Source: Flavobacteriales bacterium | Lineage (GTDB): Bacteria; Bacteroidota; Bacteroidia; Flavobacteriales; UBA1820 | Assembly: GCA_017620815.1 (NCBI GenBank) | Contig: JAGAUI010000012.1 | Span: 856 to 64,855 of the forward strand | Length of the DNA stretch: 64,000 nt | Direction of reading: 5' to 3' | Part shown: positions 28,867 through 36,937 of the stretch, in pieces | How the letters are laid out: each line of letters starts with the position of its first letter | Numbering within the stretch: position 1 is the stretch's first letter | Made by a program: the position numbers and the translations under genes | The notes under the pieces: generated by a model | The model's input: the letters and a program-made list of their open reading frames with translations, nothing else | Databases searched by the model: none | What the model was told of the DNA's origin: nothing

Positions 28867-29544
28867 ATGGGCAGTAAAAACAAACTAAAAAGATTCCGCG
28901 AAAACGAGACATTTGATACAGTGGTACAACCTACCCGTGAAGAAGTATTGGGAGGTAATTTTCCACTTAAAGGACGCTGGGGAGAGGATTTCTTTCACAA
29001 CGACAACCCTATAATACTGGAACTAGGCTGTGGTAAAGGCGAATACACCATAGGTCTGGCCGAACGTTATCCACAATGTAATTTTATAGGTGTGGATATA
29101 AAAGGAGCAAGACTATGGAGAGGAGCCAAAACAGCCCACGAAGACTCTATGCCAAATGCCGCATTTTTACGCACACAGATAGAACTTATAGATATGTGTT
29201 TTGCACCGGGCGAGGTATCTGAGATATGGATAACATTCCCCGACCCACAGATAAAATATCGCCGTACCAAACACCGCCTTACAGGTGAGGCTTTCCTACG
29301 CAAATACCACACTATACTTAAAAAAGACGGGGTGTTACACCTTAAAACAGATTCGGCATTCCTGCATGGTTACACTCTGGGACTTCTCCACGGTAGTGGT
29401 CATGAAGTCATATATGCCCAGCATGATGTATATCGCGATGACTGTGCCCCAGAATACCTTAAAACCATACAAACATTCTATGAAAAGAAATATCTGGAGA
29501 CAGGCACACCTATCACATATATAAAATTCAAACTGAATTTCTAG
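28867..29544 (+). CDS. trmB: tRNA (guanine46-N7)-methyltransferase
   Basis: 225 aa. It has the SAM-binding block LELGCGKGEY and the FPDPQ.K.R..KHRL motif. Confidence 0.92.
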   Translation: MGSKNKLKRFRENETFDTVVQPTREEVLGGNFPLKGRWGEDFFHNDNPIILELGCGKGEYTIGLAERYPQCNFIGVDIKGARLWRGAKTAHEDSMPNAAFLRTQIELIDMCFAPGEVSEIWITFPDPQIKYRRTKHRLTGEAFLRKYHTILKKDGVLHLKTDSAFLHGYTLGLLHGSGHEVIYAQHDVYRDDCAPEYLKTIQTFYEKKYLETGTPITYIKFKLNF

Positions 29545-29545
29545 C

Positions 29546-29749
29546 ATGAAACTAGCATTACAGATACTCATAGGCATAGACTTATGTTTTTACTTGGCGA
29601 GTTTTATTATGTACCTACTAGGAAGTATGTCCTATGGCATAGTAGCTGGGATGGGGATACTTTTTTTATCATTTGTGGTGGTGCCATATTTTTTTGTGTA
29701 TGACTACATTAAGGCTCGCCGCAAAGCCAAAGAAGAATCTAGTAAATAA
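29546..29749 (+). CDS. hypothetical small membrane protein
   Basis: 67 aa with two predicted TM helices. It starts 2 nt after the trmB stop and is followed by a strong terminator. Confidence 0.4.
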   Translation: MKLALQILIGIDLCFYLASFIMYLLGSMSYGIVAGMGILFLSFVVVPYFFVYDYIKARRKAKEESSK

Positions 29750-29770
29750 CTGTAAATCTATACATTAAGC

Positions 29771-29805
29771 AAATCAGGCACGCCCCGCGGGCGTGCCTGA
29801 TTTTT
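29771..29805 (+). terminator. intrinsic terminator
   Basis: aaatcaggcacgccc-cgc-gggcgtgcctgattt followed by TT. Confidence 0.85.
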
Positions 29806-29964
29806 ATACAATGTTAATAAAAAACTGCAGTGCAGATAATTATTGACATTCTATGGGATTTGTTGTACCTTTGCTTGATTTTAGCCATAGTGTATTCATC
29901 GCTTACCAATGTTCACTATGACATGCTACTCAACGACAAGAAAAACAAATAATTCTATACATAC

Positions 29965-32900
29965 ATGGCAAACCATACAGATAAAAAGAAAGTTGTAGTG
30001 CTAGGTTCGGGAGCCCTTAAAATAGGACAAGCCGGTGAATTTGACTATTCTGGTTCTCAAGCCCTCAAAGCTCTACGTGAAGAAGGTATCTCTACCGTTC
30101 TCATCAACCCCAATATCGCTACCATTCAGACATCTGAAGGTATAGCAGACAAGGTTTACTTCTTGCCTGTAACCCCTCATTTTGTAGAGGAAGTCATTAA
30201 GAAAGAACAGCCAGACGGCATTCTTCTAGCATTCGGAGGTCAGACCGCCCTTAACTGCGGTACAGAACTATACTTGAGTGGTGTTCTAGACAAATACGGC
30301 GTAGAGGTTCTAGGAACATCGGTAGAGGCTATCATGGCTACCGAAGACCGAGACCTTTTTGTCAAGAAACTAGATGAGATAGATGTCAAAACTCCTGTAA
30401 GCCAAGCAGTAGAATCTATGGAAGACGCCATAGCAGCTGCACAGAAGATAGGATTCCCTATCATGGTGCGTTCGGCTTATGCTCTAGGAGGTCTAGGTAG
30501 TGGTATATGCCGCGATATGGAAGAATTCAAGACGCTATGTGAAAGTTCATTTGCATATTCAAAACAGATACTTGTAGAGGAATCCCTCAAAGGCTGGAAA
30601 GAGATAGAATTTGAAGTTATACGCGATAAAAACGACCACTGTTTTACAGTGGCTGGCATGGAAAACTTTGACCCGCTGGGTATCCACACTGGTGAGAGTA
30701 TAGTTGTAGCTCCTACATGCTCTCTGGACGAAGGCGAACTCAAAATGCTTCAAGAACTTTCTGCCAAAATCATTCGCCACATAGGAATAGTGGGAGAATG
30801 TAACGTACAGTATGCCTTTAATTCAGATACCGATGACTACCGTGTGATAGAGGTAAATGCACGTCTTTCACGTTCATCTGCACTAGCTTCCAAAGCTACT
30901 GGTTATCCTCTAGCATTTGTAGCAGCCAAACTGGCACTGGGTTATACACTGGACCAGATAGGTGAGATGGGTACTCCTAAATCTGCATATGTAGCTCCAG
31001 AACTAGACTACTTGATATGTAAAATACCACGTTGGGACCTTACCAAATTTGCCGGGGTATCACGTCAGATAGGCTCTAGCATGAAGTCTGTGGGTGAGAT
31101 AATGTCCATAGGTAAATCATTTGAAGAAATCATACAGAAAGGTTTGCGTATGATAGGACAGGGCATGCATGGTTTTGTAGGTAACGAAGGTCTAGAATTT
31201 GATGACCTAGACACAGAACTAGCCAACCCTACCGATATGCGTATATTTGCTATCGCCAAAGCATTTGAAGAAGGTTACACCATAGAACGCATATATGAAC
31301 TTACCAAGATTTCACATTGGTTCCTAGAACGTCTTAAAAACATATATGACTATTCGCTAGTACTTAAAGGCTACAACGATATAGAATCCCTTCCTGCCAA
31401 TGTGCTTATGGAAGCCAAACGTCTGGGATTCTCTGACTTCCAGATAGCTCGTTTTGTAGGCAAGGCCGATGGCAACCTTCATAAGGATGCTCTACGCGTA
31501 CGTGCCACTCGTAAAAAAACAGGTGTTCTTCCTACTGTTAAACGCATAGAGACAGTCGCATCAGAATCTGAAATGACCAACTATCTATATATGACATATG
31601 ATGGTTGCGACCACGATGTAGCATACTTCAAAAACGAAAAATCTGTAGTAGTGCTGGGTTCGGGTGCATACCGCATAGGTAGTTCGGTAGAGTTTGACTG
31701 GTGTTCTGTAAATGCTATACAGACAGCCCGCAAACTAGGTTATAAATCTATAATGATTAACTATAACCCAGAGACCGTATCTACAGACTATGACATGTGT
31801 GACCGTCTGTATTTTGATGAATTGTCATTTGAACGTGTGATGGACGTTCTAGACCTAGAAATCCCACGTGGTGTGATAGTATCGGTAGGTGGACAGATAC
31901 CAAACAACCTCGCTATAAAACTATACAACCAAGACGTGCCTATCCTGGGTACTTCACCTCTATCTATAGACCGTGCCGAAAACCGCCACAAATTCTCTAG
32001 CATGCTAGACCAGCTGGGTATAGACCAGCCAGCGTGGAAAGAGCTATCACAGATAGAAGAAGTATATGATTTTGTAGATAAAGTAGGATATCCAGTGCTT
32101 GTACGTCCTTCTTATGTGCTTTCTGGTGCAGCGATGAACGTATGTTTTGACCGCAACCAACTAGACACATTCCTAGCCAAGGCTGCACAAGTATCCAAAG
32201 AATACCCAGTAGTGGTATCACAGTTCCTTCAGAATGCCAAAGAAATAGAATTTGACGCAGTAGCCAAAGACGGCGAAGTGGTAGAATATGCTATTTCTGA
32301 ACACATAGAATTTGCTGGTGTTCACTCTGGTGACGCTACACTGGTATTCCCTCCACAGAAGATATATTTTGAAACAGCTCGTCGTATTAAAAAGATAAGC
32401 CGCAAGATAGCCAAAGAGCTTAATATATCTGGTCCTTTCAATATCCAGTATCTAGCCAAAAACAACGAAATCAAGGTTATAGAATGTAACCTACGTGCAT
32501 CTCGTAGCTTCCCATTTGTTTCCAAAGTTCTTAAACGTAACTTTATAGAAACAGCTACTCGCATAATGCTGGATGCACCTTACACAAAACCAGACAGCAA
32601 CGTATTTGACATAGACTGGATAGGTGTTAAATCATCACAGTTCTCATTTGCACGTCTTCACAATGCAGACCCTGTATTGAGTGTAGATATGTCATCTACA
32701 GGTGAGGTAGGTTGTATAGGTGATGACTTTAACGAAGCACTTCTAGCCTCTATGATTTCGGTAGGATACAGCATACCAGAGAAGAACATCATGGTATCAT
32801 CTGGTGATGCACGTTCCAAAGTTGACCTTCTAGAGCCTTGTAAAATCCTACAAGAGAACGGATATAACATCTATGCTACTCCAGGTACCAAAGCATTCCT

Positions 32901-33183
32901 AGGTGAGCATGGTATAGAGGCTACTACCGTAGGTTGGCCAGATGAAGGTGCCGAACTTAACATTATGGATATGATATCTGGTCATAAGTTTGACCTTATA
33001 GTAAATATCCCTAAAAACCACACTCACCGTGAACTGACAAACGGTTACAAGATACGCCGTGCAGCTGTTGACCACAACATCCCTCTTATAACAAATGCTC
33101 GTCTAGCCAGTGCCTTTATACAGGCTTGCTGTGAGCTTAAAGACGGTAAAATAGAGGTCAAGAGTTGGCAGGATTATAAATAA
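29965..33183 (+). CDS. carB: carbamoyl-phosphate synthase large subunit
   Basis: 1072 aa. It has duplicated ATP-grasp halves (..GSGA..IGQA.EFDYSG.QA and ..GSGAYRIGSSVEFDWC) and a C-terminal MGS-like domain. A TAccTTTG box lies at 29866-29873. Confidence 0.97.
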   Translation: MANHTDKKKVVVLGSGALKIGQAGEFDYSGSQALKALREEGISTVLINPNIATIQTSEGIADKVYFLPVTPHFVEEVIKKEQPDGILLAFGGQTALNCGTELYLSGVLDKYGVEVLGTSVEAIMATEDRDLFVKKLDEIDVKTPVSQAVESMEDAIAAAQKIGFPIMVRSAYALGGLGSGICRDMEEFKTLCESSFAYSKQILVEESLKGWKEIEFEVIRDKNDHCFTVAGMENFDPLGIHTGESIVVAPTCSLDEGELKMLQELSAKIIRHIGIVGECNVQYAFNSDTDDYRVIEVNARLSRSSALASKATGYPLAFVAAKLALGYTLDQIGEMGTPKSAYVAPELDYLICKIPRWDLTKFAGVSRQIGSSMKSVGEIMSIGKSFEEIIQKGLRMIGQGMHGFVGNEGLEFDDLDTELANPTDMRIFAIAKAFEEGYTIERIYELTKISHWFLERLKNIYDYSLVLKGYNDIESLPANVLMEAKRLGFSDFQIARFVGKADGNLHKDALRVRATRKKTGVLPTVKRIETVASESEMTNYLYMTYDGCDHDVAYFKNEKSVVVLGSGAYRIGSSVEFDWCSVNAIQTARKLGYKSIMINYNPETVSTDYDMCDRLYFDELSFERVMDVLDLEIPRGVIVSVGGQIPNNLAIKLYNQDVPILGTSPLSIDRAENRHKFSSMLDQLGIDQPAWKELSQIEEVYDFVDKVGYPVLVRPSYVLSGAAMNVCFDRNQLDTFLAKAAQVSKEYPVVVSQFLQNAKEIEFDAVAKDGEVVEYAISEHIEFAGVHSGDATLVFPPQKIYFETARRIKKISRKIAKELNISGPFNIQYLAKNNEIKVIECNLRASRSFPFVSKVLKRNFIETATRIMLDAPYTKPDSNVFDIDWIGVKSSQFSFARLHNADPVLSVDMSSTGEVGCIGDDFNEALLASMISVGYSIPEKNIMVSSGDARSKVDLLEPCKILQENGYNIYATPGTKAFLGEHGIEATTVGWPDEGAELNIMDMISGHKFDLIVNIPKNHTHRELTNGYKIRRAAVDHNIPLITNARLASAFIQACCELKDGKIEVKSWQDYK

Positions 33184-33197
33184 TAGAATATCGTCAA

Positions 33198-33239
33198 CCA
33201 TAAAAATAGGGGTCGCTAAAGCGACCCCTATTTTTATGG
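33198..33239. terminator. bidirectional intrinsic terminator (19-bp perfect stem)
   Basis: ccataaaaataggggtcgc-taaa-gcgacccctatttttatgg. Confidence 0.8.
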
Positions 33240-33252
33240 AAAAAAGAAAACA

Positions 33253-34365
33253 TTATTGACTTACTTCCTCTTTTTTTACTAACTGGAAGAAAGTGCTTAT
33301 TTCTTGCTGATCTAAAGCCTGACGCACATTAAAACGTTTTACCTGTGTATGGTAACCCGGTTTCATGATTTTTATTTCTATCTGTACATCACGGGCATTT
33401 TCATAGGTAAGACCTAGGATATTAAAAGAACGTGTTTCTTCATATGGAGTAGTAAGCAGATAAGATTCATTGGTATTCTGAACCTCACTAGTACTAGATA
33501 TCACACGATAAAATATACGAGCTCCCTGTGGGTCTGAATCCACCATCCAGCGTATAATAGTCTGTTCTGGAGCAGATTTACCTGGATTATCACGACTTAC
33601 AGTACTTACTCCCACACTACCTTTATCTGATTTAGATGAACCTTTTTTCTCCTTTTTTGAGTCAGATTTGACATCTTGTGCTCTTAATTTGGCCATTTCC
33701 TTTGGATTTTCTGTGAAATGAACCCTAAAATTGGTTTCAGTATTCCCCTTTGGGATAACAAGTTCATACACATTATACCCGGGAACATGGAAGAAGAATT
33801 TGTGCTCTTTATCTACATCTATTTCCGTAGTATAAGGGAATATCACATCTTTCATACTATTCTTGGTTTCCTTATTTTGCTGTGCAGACGCTGCAATAGC
33901 TCCAAATAATAGCATAGTTCCAATAGAAAAGTTACCCTGTTTTGCTAATTTAGCTGTTTCAAACTGATTACAGTCTATTGTTATCTGCATAGTATTAGCA
34001 ACTTTTTTACCTGAAGATGTAGTTACTTTACTATTTTTTACACTTCCCTTGATATCTTCTGTGAAGAACACCATAAAGTTTGATTCAATTCCTCCAGGAG
34101 GTACAACCAGTTTATATTCTTCATATCCTGGAACTTCTAGTTTAATTTCAGCTCCCTTGTCTGGATTGATACGGGTCTTAAATGGGAATGTAATGTCTAT
34201 ACCTTTGGCTTTACCATAGATAGTCCCATCTGAAGTCATTTTGGCAGCTTCTATACCCTGTTCACAGTCTATGATTATCTCTTGAGAGAATTTATCTATT
34301 TTTTGTGCAAAAGTAGATACTATAGTCGTTAATATAACTGTAATTATTAGTACAAATTTCTTCAT
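33253..34365 (-). CDS. secreted protein, two N-terminal repeat domains + low-complexity linker + C-terminal PEGA-like domain (paralog B)
   Basis: 370 aa with a signal peptide. The C-terminal ~110 aa are closely similar to those of the upstream paralog (EQTIIRW..DSDPQGAR.F.RVISS...NTNE.YL.TTPYEETRSFNILGLTYEN.RDVQIE.KI.K.GYHTQVKRFNVRQA.DQQEIS.FF.LVK). Confidence 0.6.
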   Translation of the reverse strand: MKKFVLIITVILTTIVSTFAQKIDKFSQEIIIDCEQGIEAAKMTSDGTIYGKAKGIDITFPFKTRINPDKGAEIKLEVPGYEEYKLVVPPGGIESNFMVFFTEDIKGSVKNSKVTTSSGKKVANTMQITIDCNQFETAKLAKQGNFSIGTMLLFGAIAASAQQNKETKNSMKDVIFPYTTEIDVDKEHKFFFHVPGYNVYELVIPKGNTETNFRVHFTENPKEMAKLRAQDVKSDSKKEKKGSSKSDKGSVGVSTVSRDNPGKSAPEQTIIRWMVDSDPQGARIFYRVISSTSEVQNTNESYLLTTPYEETRSFNILGLTYENARDVQIEIKIMKPGYHTQVKRFNVRQALDQQEISTFFQLVKKEEVSQ

Positions 34366-34374
34366 AACAAACTA

Positions 34375-35160
34375 TTATTCGTCTTGTTTTACAAGCATAA
34401 AGAATGCACTTATTTCCTGCTGGTCTATGGCTTGACGGACATTAAAGCGTTTTACCTGTGTATGGTAGCCGTTTTTCACGATTTTTACTTCTATCTGTAC
34501 ATCGCGAGAGTTCTCATATGTAAGACCTAGTATATTGAAAGAACGTGTTTCTTCATATGGAGTAGTCATCAGGTATGTTTCGTTGGTGTTTTTTACCTGT
34601 GCTGGCACACTGGAAATAACTCTCCAGAATACACGAGCTCCTTGTGGGTCTGAATCTATCGCCCAACGTATGATAGTCTGTTCTAGAGCTGTCTGACCCG
34701 GGGTATCACGATTCACTACTTTTTCTGCTTCGCCTCGTGGAATAGAGGTGTCTGTAGTCTGTGAACGAGGAGCTGGTTTAGGAGCTTCTTCTACCTTGAC
34801 AACTGGTCTAGGGGCAGGGTTAAGACGAGCCTTTTCACGTGGATTTTCTGTAAGATGCAGAACAAATTCAGATTCAAATCCTCCAGGAGGTATCATCAGT
34901 TTATATTCATTATAACCAGGAGCCTTAAAAGCTATGATAGCTCCTTTTTTAGGGTTGATGCGGGTCTTGTGAGGGAAAGTAATGTCTATATTCCTCACCA
35001 CACCAGAAATAGTAGATTCTGATGTCATTTTAGCTGTTTTTACCTGCTCACAATCTATGGTAATCTCATGAGAGAATTTACTGGATTTTTGAGCAAACGC
35101 TTCGTTGGCTATTACCATAGAAAAACAAAGCATAAGGACTAGGTAGATTTTGGTTTTCAT
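34375..35160 (-). CDS. secreted protein, one N-terminal repeat domain + Pro-rich linker + C-terminal PEGA-like domain (paralog A)
   Basis: 261 aa with a signal peptide. It has the same architecture as paralog B but only one copy of the ITIDCEQ...TFP.KTRINP.KGA.I....PGY.EYKL..PPGG.ES.F module. Confidence 0.6.
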   Translation of the reverse strand: MKTKIYLVLMLCFSMVIANEAFAQKSSKFSHEITIDCEQVKTAKMTSESTISGVVRNIDITFPHKTRINPKKGAIIAFKAPGYNEYKLMIPPGGFESEFVLHLTENPREKARLNPAPRPVVKVEEAPKPAPRSQTTDTSIPRGEAEKVVNRDTPGQTALEQTIIRWAIDSDPQGARVFWRVISSVPAQVKNTNETYLMTTPYEETRSFNILGLTYENSRDVQIEVKIVKNGYHTQVKRFNVRQAIDQQEISAFFMLVKQDE

Positions 35161-35259
35161 GATGTTTATATTTTATGGTTAATTGTATAGATTATAGCCT
35201 GTCCCTAGCTCTTAAAGATATGATATATAGGCATAAAAATCGTGGGACAAAACTCTGCA

Positions 35260-35384
35260 CTTGCTTTTCGAGGTCTTAGGATACCGTGTAGTACAAATGA
35301 GAATCAAGCCCACGTTAAAAACATGGGCGTCGACTTGTCCTCTTGTACTACTTCTGCGAAAGTTCCTAAGTTTCGAAAAGCAAG
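35260..35384. ncRNA. candidate structured RNA or foldback (MITE-like) element, class unknown
   Basis: Nested perfect helices: 35260-71/35373-84 (12 bp), 35275-81/35364-70 (7 bp), 35288-96/35343-51 (9 bp) and 35308-12/35324-28 (5 bp). Two G-T juxtapositions would be G.U pairs only in a plus-sense RNA. Confidence 0.35.
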
Positions 35385-35545
35385 ATTAAAGTTAACGCTT
35401 TTTATGATGTGGTTCCCACCACTATGTCATTGGATATTTCTTCTATTTATTTTTATAGGCAATATGGCTTTTGGTTATAGGACAAAAGTATGAAATTTTT
35501 ATATATGAGCATATTACATACCATATATTTTTTATGAATCTTCAT

Positions 35546-36325
35546 TTACTTTTTACTTTCATACTCCTTGATGAGTTCTGCTGCACGTTCTGGTACATCG
35601 GTAGTGATGATGTCAACACCCAACTCTATCATTTGACGCAGAGCAGCATCGCTATTCACCGTCCAGCAGTTCACCTCCAGACCCAAATCATGACACTCTT
35701 TCACCCAGTGTGGACGCAACTGGAATATAGAATAGTGAAAATCCACACCTGTATAACCGCGTTCCTTGCACTGTGCTGGAGTTAGTTTATTACTCAAGTA
35801 GGCTACTTTGGCACTAGGGTCGCACTTTAAGACCTCATCACATATCACAGGCATAAATGATATGTATTCTACACGTTTTCCTATCTTCATCTTTTTAACC
35901 ATCTCCACCACAGCACGTGTAGCACGTTGCATTTTTTCATCGGTAGTGTGTTGTTTTATCTCAAGGATAAGACGTGTATGACGGCATTTCTTAAAGGCTT
36001 TCATATATTCTTTAAGAGTAGGCAAAGTCTCGCCATTTGAAAGTTTAATGTCTTTGATATCGGCATAATTGGCATCTTCTATGAGGATTTTATTCTCCCC
36101 AATGGTAGCATCGTGATTTACTACTAGCACTCCATCGGCAGTCTGGAGTATGTCTAGTTCGCTGCCCCATGCTTGTACTTGGTCGGCTTTCATAAGGGCA
36201 GTAATACTATTCTGTGCCGAACCTTCTGTCTTCCAATACCCACGGTGTGCAACCACTCTTGTCTGGGCTGAAAGTATAGCTACATACATTAGCATAGCAG
36301 CTACAAATATCAATCGTGTTTTCAT
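35546..36325 (-). CDS. glycerophosphodiester phosphodiesterase family protein
   Basis: 259 aa with a signal peptide. It has the GDPD motifs VVAHRGYW....ENS, G.ELD and DG..VV.HD. Confidence 0.88.
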   Translation of the reverse strand: MKTRLIFVAAMLMYVAILSAQTRVVAHRGYWKTEGSAQNSITALMKADQVQAWGSELDILQTADGVLVVNHDATIGENKILIEDANYADIKDIKLSNGETLPTLKEYMKAFKKCRHTRLILEIKQHTTDEKMQRATRAVVEMVKKMKIGKRVEYISFMPVICDEVLKCDPSAKVAYLSNKLTPAQCKERGYTGVDFHYSIFQLRPHWVKECHDLGLEVNCWTVNSDAALRQMIELGVDIITTDVPERAAELIKEYESKK

Positions 36326-36349
36326 ATCTATATATTTATGTGTTTATGT

Positions 36350-36937
36350 TTATTTTTCAAATGTAATAAATCCCTCCACACTACACAAATGTGTAAGAGG
36401 CATATCATCTATATTTACGTCCTCTATATCGCCATCTATGGCAGGGAAAAAGGATAGACCTATCCGCTTTACATCATCTCTACATTTGGCAAAAAACCTA
36501 TCATAGAAGCCACGTCCATAGCCTACTCTCATACCCCTTTTATCACAACACAGCAGAGGTGTAATCACCACATCTATATCCTTTTCATCTACCTGTATAA
36601 GCTCATTTATATGTTGAGGTTCGGGGATAGAGAACGATGAGAGAGAAAGTCTAGTAGCAGGTGTGTAGAGATAATGTTTCATATCCATACTACCAAAATC
36701 TGATACCGATACTGCTACCATCACACCCTTATCCCATAGGTAGTTTATAAGAGGATATGTATCTACTTCGGCGTGTTTTTCTATAGGTAGAAATACATGT
36801 ACTATATGTGCATCATCTAGAATAGAACTATCTATCACTTCTTTACATATAGATGCAGAAAACGCCCTTCTCTCTTCTAGAGAGAGAGAAAGACGTTTTT
36901 CTTTATATGTGATACGTAAATCCCGTTTAAGAGGCAT
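36350..36937 (-). CDS. 5-formyltetrahydrofolate cyclo-ligase
   Basis: 195 aa. It has K..LR......R..LS..E near the N-terminus and the GYGRGFYDRF motif. Its start overlaps the stop of the upstream peptidase gene by 1 nt. Confidence 0.85.
   Translation of the reverse strand: MPLKRDLRITYKEKRLSLSLEERRAFSASICKEVIDSSILDDAHIVHVFLPIEKHAEVDTYPLINYLWDKGVMVAVSVSDFGSMDMKHYLYTPATRLSLSSFSIPEPQHINELIQVDEKDIDVVITPLLCCDKRGMRVGYGRGFYDRFFAKCRDDVKRIGLSFFPAIDGDIEDVNIDDMPLTHLCSVEGFITFEK

Noticed and set aside
29806-29964. carB has no adjacent carA, and it has a ~90-nt 5' UTR with a 7-bp inverted repeat (catagtg/cactatg)
   Set aside because: Separation of carA and carB is ordinary gene-order variation. The inverted repeat is short, lacks a U-run or leader ORF, and is not distinguishable from chance.
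35242-35785. Plus-strand ORFs of 83 and 104 aa in the GDPD-paralog spacer
   Set aside because: The first is better explained by the nested hairpin element (35260-35384). The second mostly overlaps the GDPD gene antisense. Neither has a promoter box or a plausible protein sequence.
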